This document shows, piece by piece, positions 45,149 to 54,966 of a stretch of DNA of 64,000 nucleotides (position 1 is the stretch's first letter; every line of letters starts with the position of its first letter). The translations under genes were made by a program, and so were the position numbers. This DNA is from a virus (Duplodnaviria > Caudoviricetes), in the IMG/VR virus record IMGVR_UViG_3300033177_000258; one strand, written 5' to 3'. The notes below the pieces were generated by a model that had not been told where the DNA came from, searched no databases, and was given only the letters and a program-made list of their open reading frames with translations.

Positions 45149-45484
45149 CTACGTGATGACAACGCCAGCATCCGCCAGCGTGCGCTCCACCCGCAGCTTG
45201 GCTTTGTACGCCACGTTCCGCGCGTCGTTGCGGTCATACGGCGTACCATCCTCGTGCTTGAGGCCCAGGTCCATCACCCGGTCGGCGAGCTTGCCATACA
45301 ACTGCCGGCGCGTCAACTTCTTGACGGCTGGGATGGAGAACTTGCCCACCTGGCTGTCCACGAGCATGACGCCCGCCACTTTGCAGGTGTGGCGCACTAC
45401 ATTGGTCGCCTTCGGCTGCGTCTTGGCGGCAGCCTTCGCCTTCGGGCTCTTGGCGGGCGCACTGCCCGCAGCCTTCGTCTTCAT
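45149..45484 (-). CDS. Hypothetical basic protein (K/A-rich N-terminus)
   Basis: RBS AGGAGG; headed by the repeat element. Confidence 0.65.
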   Translation of the reverse strand: MKTKAAGSAPAKSPKAKAAAKTQPKATNVVRHTCKVAGVMLVDSQVGKFSIPAVKKLTRRQLYGKLADRVMDLGLKHEDGTPYDRNDARNVAYKAKLRVERTLADAGVVIT

Positions 45485-45661
45485 CGTCTTCCTCCTGTGG
45501 TGAATAGCTTACATCTGTGTGCGCACGATTGCGCTTCAGTCTTTCGGGTGTCGGTAGCCCTTGGGGCATGACTGGTAGCGGGCCCTGCTGCAGTTCTTGT
45601 TGCCCTCGCAGGGGCGATGGGTTGTCGAGCAGCGCGGGGGCTCGTACCAGTCATAGACGAA

Positions 45662-45904
45662 CTAGACGCGGACCCTGAGCCGGCAGAGCTTCTTGCGCTC
45701 GTTGGCGAGCTTCTTTTCGACGTACTCCACCAGTGGCTTACAGAGCGCAGCCAGGGCGCGCGGCACGTTGCAGTGCCAGTTGTAGGCGACACCGATGTTG
45801 CCACACTGGAGCCAGCCATTGGGGGCGGCACGGTCGGCAATGACGGTCCAGCCATCTTCGTCAGTGTAGGGTGGTCGGCGCTTGTTAGCTGCCATCATCA
45901 TCAC
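45662..45904 (-). CDS. Hypothetical protein
   Basis: ORF in - strand operon. Confidence 0.45.
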   Translation of the reverse strand: MMMMAANKRRPPYTDEDGWTVIADRAAPNGWLQCGNIGVAYNWHCNVPRALAALCKPLVEYVEKKLANERKKLCRLRVRV

Positions 45905-46511
45905 CCTGGAGCGCTCGCTCCAGCACTTCCGCCAGCTTGTCGGCGTTCAGGCCGGGGGGCATAAGCTCCCCGAAGAGACGCTGGAAACGCAACTCTACCG
46001 CGTCGGTCTCCTCTGGGGTCGGTGTGTGTCCGTGTTTGTTGGTGAACAGCACGTACAGGTGGCTGCGCCGGATGCTGTACACTGTGTCGTCGTTGGCCTC
46101 GTTGCCGTCGAACCGGGCCCCCCACTCGTTGGCCATCTCAGCACCTACGCTGGCCGCGAAGCTCTCACGCGTCTTGCGCTCCCTGACGGGATAGTGCCGA
46201 AGCGGGATGATGTGCTCGTGGAGCAGGTAGATGTTGTCGCCGCGCTCGGCGAACGCATAGTGCTGCTCCCGCATGAAGACGCGGATGAGGATGCCCACAT
46301 CCGGCAGGTCGCGGGTCGTGACGTACTTGCCCTCGATGTGCGTGATGGGTTGGCTGCCACAGGTGTCGCCATGGGCGGTCAGGTAGCGGCCGCACTTCAG
46401 GCACAAGGACTTGGCGACCCCCTCGTGGGGTACACCAAGACCTTCCGGGGCATCGAGCGCCGGGACAGTATCGTTGCAGAAATCACAGCGGACCCACTTG
46501 ATGTGGAGCAT
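45885..46511 (-). CDS. Hypothetical protein
   Basis: RBS GAGG; headed by the repeat element. Confidence 0.6.
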   Translation of the reverse strand: MLHIKWVRCDFCNDTVPALDAPEGLGVPHEGVAKSLCLKCGRYLTAHGDTCGSQPITHIEGKYVTTRDLPDVGILIRVFMREQHYAFAERGDNIYLLHEHIIPLRHYPVRERKTRESFAASVGAEMANEWGARFDGNEANDDTVYSIRRSHLYVLFTNKHGHTPTPEETDAVELRFQRLFGELMPPGLNADKLAEVLERALQGDDDGS

Positions 46512-46635
46512 GTTGTCCTCATTATGCTTTACGGCGCACGATTGCGGGCAGACGCCGGCCCCAGTAGTAACTGCCTCACGTTGAACCTACCAACGGGCTT
46601 TCCTGGCTGGGGTCGGCATCTGCCCGCAAGGGGGC

Positions 46636-47226
46636 TTAGTCTTCACTGTCGGGTTGAACCCCGGCCTTCATCAGCAGCGCCGTGATGGTCTTGGCGCGGT
46701 CTGCCCCAGGGAAGTCGTCGGGGGCGGCAGCCAGGAACTTGACGTAGCGGTCCAGTAGCTTGGCTTCCTGCCGCTCAGCGCGGTCGCGGAGCCGCAGGGC
46801 TGTATTGACAGCGTTGGCCTCGCCAGCCTTGCCCACTTCGGCCGGGTGCTCTTTGACCCAATCGTTCACTGCGGCCATAACAGCCAGCCGGAGGTCTTCC
46901 TGCAGCGTGACCGGGACCTTGCGCTCGTCAAAGTGACGGCGGCAGAACCCAGTGGTGATGCGGTGCTCGGGGATGAACTCGCCATTGGCGTCTCGGTGCA
47001 GGTGCATCAGGAAGGTCACGTCGTAGGTGTGCCCTCGGGAGGTTGCGCGCATGAAGCGGCAGTTCTCGTCGGGCACGTCCTCCGCGCCGAAGCGCCGAGT
47101 CGCCGAGTTCTTGTTGGCGTCCACGACGATATGGTCATCGCTTGGCACTGACATCCATACCGGGCCGAACTTCGTTTCCAGCCGGATGTCCGTGGGGTAC
47201 TGTTGGTACTCCGGTTCGTTGCTCAC
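46636..47226 (-). CDS. Hypothetical protein
   Basis: ORF coupled to the upstream gene. Confidence 0.6.
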   Translation of the reverse strand: MSNEPEYQQYPTDIRLETKFGPVWMSVPSDDHIVVDANKNSATRRFGAEDVPDENCRFMRATSRGHTYDVTFLMHLHRDANGEFIPEHRITTGFCRRHFDERKVPVTLQEDLRLAVMAAVNDWVKEHPAEVGKAGEANAVNTALRLRDRAERQEAKLLDRYVKFLAAAPDDFPGADRAKTITALLMKAGVQPDSED

Positions 47227-48491
47227 TACTCGACCTCCTTGATGACGGCCACGCGGGTCACCGTGGTCTGCTTGGTGCCTTTGTACTCGTCATGCTTCTT
47301 GGGGGTGGCCTTCACCCGGTAGGTGTGGCCCACTTCCATGTCGTTGGTGGTGCTGGCGAACCAGATGATGAGGTTGCCGGCTTCGTCCACCATGCGGTGC
47401 AGGTGGCTGTCCCCGTACATGGTCTCGATGAGGCGCACGTCAAGAACTTGCACCGTGAACTCTTGGCGGACCTTGAGGGTGCCTACGTGCTGCGAGTCCT
47501 TGACGACGGCGGCTTCCTTCAGCCGCTGCAGGTGGCGCTGGTAGCTGGCCACCATCGAGGCAGCAAGCCCCCGGTCGCGCCACTCCATCCCGGCATTGTT
47601 CGCCAGGACGTACAGGTTGTTCATGTAGTCGCTCTGGCGCTCGTCTTCCGACAGGGATGCCGCCCAGGCGATGGCCGCCCTGGCCTCCTCCCAGTGCTTT
47701 TCCTCCGGCAGGAACGCCTCGTAGCGCCCTTCGTCATCGCGCCTAGTCTGCCACCAGGTAGTGGCCTGGTCGCTGGTGCTGCCGGTGCGGCGGAAGTCAT
47801 AGTCGTACTCGGCCTTGGCCCGAGAGACCCAGCCGTGGTGCTCGATGACGTGCGCCACGTAGGCCAGGAACTCGGTCAGGTTGTGGACGCGGCGGCTGTA
47901 GAGCCCGTCGCCCCCGTCGCCGTAGGCGTCTTCGGGGTCCAGGTTCTCCTCGGCCTCCAGGCTTTCGTACAGGTCCCACAGGTCGTGGAACCAACTGGCG
48001 TAGGTCTCGGCGTTGGTGCTGCCGGTGAAGTCCACGATGCAGGTGCTGCCCACTTGCTTCCAGTCGCCCGTCTCGTCGTTGTAGACGAGGTAGGTGTCCC
48101 GGCGCTTGCGTTTGTACCCGCAGTGGTCACACACCGCGTCCCGTTCACGGAACTCGGCAGGCGCCTGCAGGTTGAAGTCGAACATGCGGATGATGTTGCC
48201 GACGCCATCGGTGTGCTCGATGGTCCCGGCGAAGCGCCAGCCGGCGAGCTTCATGGCGACACTCGTTACCTCCACCCAGAACAGCTTGCGCAGGGTGTAC
48301 TCGCCCTCGCGCATGGTGAATACATCATCCCAGACCTTGACGCTCTCCTCGCGCACCACTTCCATGCCGGGCATGGGGTCGAGCTTCAGCTTCTCGGCGC
48401 GCTTGACCAACTCGGCCATGAGTTCCTGCAGGCGGACCCAGCAGGGCTCCCAGACGCGGATGACGAACTTGTTGTCGTTGACCTGCCACAT
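47226..48491 (-). CDS. Phage hypothetical protein with zinc finger and C-terminal OB-fold-like domain
   Basis: CDHC...RRRDTY...QVGSTC; SQHVGTLKVRQEFTV...KHDEYKGTKQTTVTRV; RBS AAGGAGG. Confidence 0.7.
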   Translation of the reverse strand: MWQVNDNKFVIRVWEPCWVRLQELMAELVKRAEKLKLDPMPGMEVVREESVKVWDDVFTMREGEYTLRKLFWVEVTSVAMKLAGWRFAGTIEHTDGVGNIIRMFDFNLQAPAEFRERDAVCDHCGYKRKRRDTYLVYNDETGDWKQVGSTCIVDFTGSTNAETYASWFHDLWDLYESLEAEENLDPEDAYGDGGDGLYSRRVHNLTEFLAYVAHVIEHHGWVSRAKAEYDYDFRRTGSTSDQATTWWQTRRDDEGRYEAFLPEEKHWEEARAAIAWAASLSEDERQSDYMNNLYVLANNAGMEWRDRGLAASMVASYQRHLQRLKEAAVVKDSQHVGTLKVRQEFTVQVLDVRLIETMYGDSHLHRMVDEAGNLIIWFASTTNDMEVGHTYRVKATPKKHDEYKGTKQTTVTRVAVIKEVE

Positions 48492-48616
48492 GGCTCGGGC
48501 CTCCTTCAGGTGTGTGCTTACACCTATTGGCGCACGATTGCGGATTTCTCTGACACTGCTCCGCGCGACACGGAATACTTCTATGTGACAGAACAAAGTT
48601 CCTATACGAGCCAAGA

Positions 48617-48904
48617 ATGAACCGCACGCTCGCCGTCAAACTCAGTCCGAATGAAGTGACCCGCGTGGCGCTCCTGGCAACCATGGAGCAATACACGGCC
48701 TGTTTCAATGCGGCTGCCGAGTTTGGTTGGGAAGGCAAGACGGATAACGGCGTCGCGCTCCATCATGGTACCTACTACCCACTGCGAGAGCGGTTTCCTC
48801 AACTCCCGGCAGAGCTTGTTTGCTCGTCTCGCGTGAAAGCTACCGAAGCCCTCAAGTTCGTTCGCGCCCGCATCCGCAAGGGGATGAACTTTGGCCAGGC
48901 TTGA
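48617..48904 (+). pseudogene. tnpB: tnpB N-terminal fragment
   Basis: MNRTLAVKL...LLATMEQYTACFN...HHGTYYPLRE, homologous to the N-terminus of 43960-45066. Confidence 0.85.
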
Positions 48905-49021
48905 GTGACTTCCATACAACCTCCCTTTGGTCTTGGGGCAAGACCGTTACCCCATGGCGTCAGTGCTTTACACCTTCAGCGGCGACAGACCACCTCCCGG
49001 CTACCTACCAGTTCCGCGCGC

Positions 49022-49477
49022 TCAGTGCTCGGCATGTTGTGCCCCCTGGTCGGCTAGCGCCAGTAGTTCGGCCACGTCATCCCGGTCCAGCCGGTTGACC
49101 ACCACGTGTTCCCGGCCACGGTCCTCCCAGGACACGTCCGTCAGGTGGGCCTCCGGCACCGCCACGGTCTCACAGTCCCCGTCCCGGAACTGGACTATCG
49201 CGACCGGGAACTGCCATTGGTCCAGCCGGTCCCGCACGGCCAGCAGGGCCCGCGTGGTCGCCGTCAACACAATGGCCTCATCAGTCGGTGCCAACGGCGA
49301 CCACCATCGCTCACAGGTGTGGGCCGCCGGCGCCTTGACGGTCCACCCGCCCCCCGGTCCGCCGTAACAGGTGCCGTAGCCCAACACGCGCCCGTACATG
49401 GCGATTGACTCGGCGTCGGTATCCATCCGGCAATAGTGACACGTTGCGCACACTCGCTGCAGGTAGTTGGTCATCAT
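49022..49477 (-). CDS. Hypothetical protein
   Basis: ORF in - strand operon; CATCHYC. Confidence 0.5.
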   Translation of the reverse strand: MMTNYLQRVCATCHYCRMDTDAESIAMYGRVLGYGTCYGGPGGGWTVKAPAAHTCERWWSPLAPTDEAIVLTATTRALLAVRDRLDQWQFPVAIVQFRDGDCETVAVPEAHLTDVSWEDRGREHVVVNRLDRDDVAELLALADQGAQHAEH

Positions 49478-49698
49478 GCCACCCCCTGGTCGGGCAGTGG
49501 GCCGTCCGGGCCAAACCATCGCTCAGTGCCCGGATCCCATAGCGCCCCGTCGCTCACCCGGCGCACGGACCCGCCCCAATGGCAGACGTGGGCCTTCGCC
49601 TCGGCAAGGTCGTCCGTGGTCTCGTGCAGGTGCGGCCTCTCGTAGTCGCCGCCCAGGTCGTCTGAGTACCGATACACCTCGTATGTCTCCGGCATCAT
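49474..49698 (-). CDS. Hypothetical protein
   Basis: Translationally coupled ORF. Confidence 0.5.
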   Translation of the reverse strand: MMPETYEVYRYSDDLGGDYERPHLHETTDDLAEAKAHVCHWGGSVRRVSDGALWDPGTERWFGPDGPLPDQGVA

Positions 49699-50165
49699 GC
49701 GCACCCTCCCAGCAGTCGGGCCACCGTCGCCGGCTCCTCTGGTAGGCCGTCCAGGCCGCCAGATGCAATAGCCGCCGCGTTCACCCGTTCCTTGATGGTC
49801 TCATAGGCCTGGTATGCGGCCCAATCGGCCAGGTCTGACCGCACCGTGATGTTGAGCCCGCCGTTGTACTCCACGAGGTTGATTCCGGGGCGGCGCGCGA
49901 TGTAGAGCATCCGGTCTTCGCCCATGAACAGCAGGGTGGTCGTGGGAGCGCCCAACTGGCCCATGGTGGTGGCGAACCTGTATTGCCCAGGCTCCGCGCT
50001 GTCCATGATTTGTCGCATCTGCTCGATGGCTTCGGCCTTCTTGGCTTCGGTATCCTCGGCAATACTCAGGTGCGACGTGGACATGTACGCCCCCACCGTG
50101 CCGTAGTGGGCAGGGGCGTCGCGAACTTCTTGCGCAATCTCATGCCAGATGTAGTCATTGCTCAT
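49695..50165 (-). CDS. Hypothetical protein
   Basis: Translationally coupled ORF. Confidence 0.55.
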   Translation of the reverse strand: MSNDYIWHEIAQEVRDAPAHYGTVGAYMSTSHLSIAEDTEAKKAEAIEQMRQIMDSAEPGQYRFATTMGQLGAPTTTLLFMGEDRMLYIARRPGINLVEYNGGLNITVRSDLADWAAYQAYETIKERVNAAAIASGGLDGLPEEPATVARLLGGCA

Positions 50166-50692
50166 GACGGTACCTCGAAGTCGAACATGATGTTGTGCTG
50201 GCCCATGATGTATATGTCAGTGGCCCCGGCCTTCTCCAGGCGCGGCTTGAAAGCGTCAGCGTTGCCCGAGGTGCTGAACTCAGTGATGGGGTACAGGTCG
50301 GCTCCGGTGACCAGCATCGGGCGCAGGTTGCGGCCGACGTTGGTAGGCCAGAACTCGTACACGCGACGCCCGAACGCGGACGGCCAGCCGATGGCTTTGG
50401 CGACGTGCTCCAGGTCCTCGAACTCGACCACTTCCTCGGGTGCCGACACGCCAGCCGCATAGTCGCTGAGCATGTTGCACCAGGAGTAGAAGCCGTGCGT
50501 GCGGCAGTCGCTGGTGTAGCTTAGCCCCTTGCCGCCCTTGCTGGGCCCATTGGCCACGACGATGATGGGCGGCTCGCCACGGTCCTCGATACGGTTCCAG
50601 GGCTCCACGTCAATCCAGGCCCCCGTCTTGGCGTCATAGTAGCGGTCCACGTAACCGAACTGGCCGCCTCTCAATGTGAATGACTTCAGCAT
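50162..50692 (-). CDS. Hypothetical protein
   Basis: RBS GAGGAG; headed by the repeat element. Confidence 0.6.
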   Translation of the reverse strand: MLKSFTLRGGQFGYVDRYYDAKTGAWIDVEPWNRIEDRGEPPIIVVANGPSKGGKGLSYTSDCRTHGFYSWCNMLSDYAAGVSAPEEVVEFEDLEHVAKAIGWPSAFGRRVYEFWPTNVGRNLRPMLVTGADLYPITEFSTSGNADAFKPRLEKAGATDIYIMGQHNIMFDFEVPS

Positions 50693-50732
50693 CAGTGCTC
50701 ACTCTCCTCGCTTCTCTGCGCACGATTGCGGC

Positions 50733-51341
50733 CTACAGTTGGACCTCGCCTTTGAGGCTGTCGGCGATAAGGTCGGGGAGACTGCGGTAGACGGTGATGT
50801 CGGAGGTGTCGTACAGGTATGGGTCGGTGACGTTGTTGCCATTCTCAAGGGCCGACGTGATTCCGTAGACCGCATCTTCCACGTCAGGCAGGAACGGGTC
50901 CTTGGCAAGCTCGCCGGTATTGCGCTTGACCTTGACGACTACCAGGAAGGTGTGCTCGTCGCCCTTGGGTTTCACGCGCTCAGAGGCGTACTCCAGCCCT
51001 CCCATGTGCGCGTCCACGTCGAAGTTCTCCTCGGGCACAGCATTGCGTCGCAGCAGGTCCTCCTGCAGGGCGTCCTCGCACAGGAAGCTGCAGAACTCCC
51101 AGATGTCGGGACGGTCGCGGCTGATTACGTCCAGGCCGGCCAGGACCTCGATGGCCTGGTCATTGGGGATGGCGACCTTCCAGTCGCGGTACTCGCCGCT
51201 GTCGGTGGGCACGATGTCGAGCCCGTGGTTGATGACGAGGGCCCGCACCACCTCGGCCTTGTCGGCGTTGTTCTCGCCGGGCCCGAAGACGCGGATGTTC
51301 AACTCGATGATGCCGGTCTGTCGCACGGGGTAAGTAATCAT
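50733..51341 (-). CDS. Hypothetical protein
   Basis: RBS AAGGAG; repeat elements on both sides. Confidence 0.6.
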   Translation of the reverse strand: MITYPVRQTGIIELNIRVFGPGENNADKAEVVRALVINHGLDIVPTDSGEYRDWKVAIPNDQAIEVLAGLDVISRDRPDIWEFCSFLCEDALQEDLLRRNAVPEENFDVDAHMGGLEYASERVKPKGDEHTFLVVVKVKRNTGELAKDPFLPDVEDAVYGITSALENGNNVTDPYLYDTSDITVYRSLPDLIADSLKGEVQL

Positions 51342-51408
51342 GGCGCTCTCCTTGGGTGTGTGGAGTACAACTCTTCTCAAACCTGTGCGCACGATTGCGG
51401 GCACAAAC

Positions 51409-51638
51409 GGAAAGAGCCCCGGCGCACAGCGCCAAGGCTCTTTCCAAAACGAAAGCGACCGGGGTACTGCCTCGGGGGAGACAGGTTGCCCGGTCGCTCT
51501 CTCCAGAGGCCGGTAAAGGGAAGCTAAACCTGGCCTCTGCCGCTGGTTCCCGTCCTATGCTGCCGGGGCAGCGCGCAGCCACACCTTAACTGCTTGGTCG
51601 GGAGCGGTCTCGGAGCCGGAGGCTCCTCAGAACTCGAT
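51409..51638 (-). ncRNA. Putative small structured RNA with its own promoter and terminator
   Basis: TTGACG-N17-TATAAT at 51673-51645; multiple hairpins; terminator hairpin at 51409-51445. Confidence 0.55.
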
Positions 51639-51804
51639 GGTGTGATTATACACGGTGGGAGCATTACCGTCAAGCTCCCGAGAAATATGGTGGGGCGGGG
51701 GGACTCGAACCACCCAGTCACTCAGAGGCGCTCGTCAGCCTCCCCTGAGCGGCATGCTGCCTTCACGTTTCGCGGACTAACTCGCCGAGTTTAGGCCCTT
51801 CCCG

Positions 51805-52212
51805 CTACTTTGCTTCTGGCCCCGTACATGCTTCATGCCCCATAGCTCGCTTCTTGCCTGGCCACTTCTTCTGGTCAAGCATGATGTCTTTCTTGTCGGT
51901 GTCGAGCAGGATACCGTTCTCGTCGGTGCTGTCCCAACCTTCGTCGTGGTAGGTGCAGCGCCCGTCCTGCCATCTGAACTGGAAGAGCCCGCCCATGGCG
52001 GTGAACCCGGTGATGCCACTGTGCCGGGTGCCGACCGAAGCAGCGTCTATGGCCTTGAGGTCGCCAGCTTTGTCCCACCGCTGACAGTCGGGGCACCGGC
52101 AGGTCTTGTCGGCCTTCGCGCGCTCATTGGCGGCGCGCCGGTTCGCATAATACCTGTCAATGGCTTCCTGCAGTTGCGGGCTCAGTTGCTTGCACCGTAG
52201 ACGCTTTCTCAC
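51805..52212 (-). CDS. Hypothetical protein
   Basis: RBS GAGGTG. Confidence 0.55.
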   Translation of the reverse strand: MRKRLRCKQLSPQLQEAIDRYYANRRAANERAKADKTCRCPDCQRWDKAGDLKAIDAASVGTRHSGITGFTAMGGLFQFRWQDGRCTYHDEGWDSTDENGILLDTDKKDIMLDQKKWPGKKRAMGHEACTGPEAK

Positions 52213-52304
52213 GGTTCACCTCAGTTCTCCTCGCACGCCTTGTAGGAGCGGATAAGCCACTTCATGCGTGAGACCTCCTTACATCTGTCTGCGCAGGATT
52301 GCGG

Positions 52305-52538
52305 TCAACGGCAGAGGCCGGCGAGCTTCGCCGCTTCGGCGACAATGGCGGCGCTGGCGACGAACGTCACCTTGGTAAGGTAGCCGCACACCACCATAGC
52401 GATGATGCCGCCTAGCGGTTTCTTCTCTGCGATGCCCAGGGAAGCCAGGGTACACAGCGCAAACACGATGGAGAGCAGCAGATAGAGCCCCCACATTAAC
52501 TGCTCTCCCGGCATGAGGTACTGCCATCCCATGAACAT
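52305..52538 (-). CDS. Small membrane protein
   Basis: Two hydrophobic segments; RBS AAGGAG. Confidence 0.55.
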   Translation of the reverse strand: MFMGWQYLMPGEQLMWGLYLLLSIVFALCTLASLGIAEKKPLGGIIAMVVCGYLTKVTFVASAAIVAEAAKLAGLCR

Positions 52539-52544
52539 GAAACA

Positions 52545-53093
52545 TCAACTCCTTTGGGGTAAGACGCCGGCCCCGGTCCAGGTGTCGCGGTCAAAGTATT
52601 CGTAGGTACGGCCCAGGGCGACGGACTTCTCGATGTCCTGGCAGGCGCGTTCCGCCGCTTCCTTGCTTAGGGTCTGGCCGGGGTGTCCGCCCAGGCCAGC
52701 CATGTCGGAGTAGCTCTGGATGCGGGCGACGACCTCGCCGTTGCGGTCGAACAGGTAAGCGTCGTACTCATAGGACTCGGTGTCGTCCAGGTACTCCTCG
52801 AACTCGTCGGGGTACTCCTCCGCCACGCTCGCCATGGTGCGGACCTCGGTGGTAACGCGGTACGCTGGTTCCAGCAGCTTGCAGGCGGCGGAGTTGACGC
52901 GCTCGGTCTCGCCCGTGCGGTCGCTCTTCACGGTGAGAATCTCAGGGTTGCGACCGTCCTGCGCCTGGATGACTTCGAGCACGTCGCCCTCGTATGAGAG
53001 CTTGGGCTCGTCGCGGTCTTCCACCACTACGTGGTCATTGACCATCCAGTCGCGGGTCTCGCCCTCGGGCAGCTTGTATGTGGCAATGCTCAT
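52545..53093 (-). CDS. Hypothetical acidic protein
   Basis: RBS AAGGAGG directly after the repeat element. Confidence 0.6.
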   Translation of the reverse strand: MSIATYKLPEGETRDWMVNDHVVVEDRDEPKLSYEGDVLEVIQAQDGRNPEILTVKSDRTGETERVNSAACKLLEPAYRVTTEVRTMASVAEEYPDEFEEYLDDTESYEYDAYLFDRNGEVVARIQSYSDMAGLGGHPGQTLSKEAAERACQDIEKSVALGRTYEYFDRDTWTGAGVLPQRS

Positions 53094-53237
53094 GGCTAAC
53101 ACCTCCTTATACTACTGCGCGCACGATTGCGGGGGAGATTCTTTGGCGCTGAATAACGGCGTGCCGTCGCTGGTCGGTGACGGCACGATAGCTCCATAAC
53201 TCTGTGGCTCACACTGCGGGAAATCCATAGCTCCTCC

Positions 53238-53735
53238 TCAGTCGCTGCTGTCGCAGGTGTAGGTGGCCTTGCACTTCGTGCAGGAGTAGTCAGTGATGCA
53301 GCGACCACCGCTGCGCCCCTGCCATTCGTGCTCGCAGCCGATGGCGAAGAAGTCTGGCTCGGGTTGCTTGCCGGAGCCCAGAGGGCTGCCGTAGTACCAG
53401 TAGCGCTGGACCATCATCACGAGCTTGGGCGGGCTGCAGTTGCCGCCCCGGCTGAAAGCTATGGTGCCGGTGTCCCGGTAGCTGCGGCGCTCGCGACCTT
53501 CCCATGCGGTGACCTGGGGGCCGGGGATTCCGCTGATGACGAACTCCGCGCCCAACAGGATGTTCAGGAAGTCGCGCTCGGTAATGAGCCGGCGCGGGCC
53601 GGGGAGCCCGGCTCCCTTGCAGAGTTGGCATTCATCGTGGTCAACAGATACACCCAGGTCGGCGAGCTTCTGGAGCAGCTTGTCGCTCTCTTCGCGCTCT
53701 ACAAAGCCGCGCTTCATGAAAGTGCCATTGAACAT
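53238..53735 (-). CDS. Hypothetical protein
   Basis: RBS AGGAGG; C-terminal CEH...C...CTKC...DSSD. Confidence 0.6.
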   Translation of the reverse strand: MFNGTFMKRGFVEREESDKLLQKLADLGVSVDHDECQLCKGAGLPGPRRLITERDFLNILLGAEFVISGIPGPQVTAWEGRERRSYRDTGTIAFSRGGNCSPPKLVMMVQRYWYYGSPLGSGKQPEPDFFAIGCEHEWQGRSGGRCITDYSCTKCKATYTCDSSD

Positions 53736-53907
53736 CGGTGTTTCCTCCTGTGGAAAGCTACCTTTGGGTGGCGGTTGAACCTGTTCTTGGAATCATTACA
53801 GAGAGCCCGCGCCGGGTTGTGTCACCAAGCTATGCCGATGACCCCGGCGCGGACTCTCAAACCTACCCCACAGCACTCTCTAGCCCCACCACCGCCAGCC
53901 TCACCGC

Positions 53908-54387
53908 CTAAGCCTTGACCTTGAGTTCGACGGGATGCGCCTCAGCCACGGCCCGCGCCACGACATCAGCCGGGAGCCCGAGCTTGTTCAGCTTGCCGGC
54001 GTCCAGCCCGGCGCAGGCCAGAGCGCAGGCCAGCGCTTCCACAACGGGAGCCATCGCGGTTTCCAGTTCGTCCGTCATGACGACGACCGGGAAGGTCGTG
54101 GTCATTGTGACGGTGCTGTTCGAGGCGACCTCGGGGATGGAGACGCGCACGTCGCTGCCCGCCGCCTCCAGCGCCTTGTTGGCGTCCTGGATGCGGATGG
54201 CGGCCAACTCGAAAGCGCCCTGGTAGTCCTTGGACGAGCGGCTACCCTCCTCGGTCTGCATCTCCAGCAGGCCGAACGGGAACTCGGCCTCGGTGTTACC
54301 CTGGCCGCGCTCCTTCGCCTTGTCCTTCAGTTCCTTGAACAGTCGCTCGCCCGTCTTCAGCAGCAGCAGAAAGTTACTCATTTCCAT
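53908..54387 (-). CDS. Hypothetical protein
   Basis: RBS AAGGAG; headed by the repeat element. Confidence 0.6.
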   Translation of the reverse strand: MEMSNFLLLLKTGERLFKELKDKAKERGQGNTEAEFPFGLLEMQTEEGSRSSKDYQGAFELAAIRIQDANKALEAAGSDVRVSIPEVASNSTVTMTTTFPVVVMTDELETAMAPVVEALACALACAGLDAGKLNKLGLPADVVARAVAEAHPVELKVKA

Positions 54388-54474
54388 TTACTCTCCTTAG
54401 TCGGGGTGGCCCGCCCGATGGGCGGTCTCATACTACTCAGCGCACGATTGCGGGATTTCTCTGACACCGCCTCG

Positions 54475-54953
54475 CGCGAGCCGCGTCCGCGACCTGACTC
54501 ACAAGGCTACGCGCACGATTGCGGATGCTTTTCCTGGCGCAAAGTGCTATGTGGGCGAGCCATTCAACGACGCGGCCCAGAAGATGGGTCGTCGTCAGGC
54601 CCAACAAGTCTCCCAGGCGTGCAATGCCCGCCTAATCACGCAACTCGGCTACAAGACTGCGGGAGCAATCACCGTAGGCGAGGCGTACAGTTCCCAAACG
54701 TGTCCCGTTTGCGGAACTAGGAACAAGTGCCAGCGGACCTACCGCTGCAAGCAATGCGGCTTTACCGCCCCACGTGACGTGGTAGGCTCCGCCAACATCC
54801 GTTGCATTGGTATGCGCGGCGAGCTTGTTCCAGGCTGTGACGTGCCCAACGTCTGGACCTACAAGTATCATGGGGTCACTGCTCCAGGTAGTTCCGGGGG
54901 ACGCCCGGCACGTAGCTCGCGCAAGCGAGAAGCCGCTTAGGCGGCAGCGTCAC
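54475..54953 (+). mobile_element. tnpB: tnpB 3' fragment with omega-RNA end (copy of the 28639-29605 family)
   Basis: RVRDLTHKATRTIADAFPGAKCYVGEP...RSSRKREAA*; ends GGCAGCGTCAC. Confidence 0.85.
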
Positions 54954-54966
54954 GCACCTATCATCC

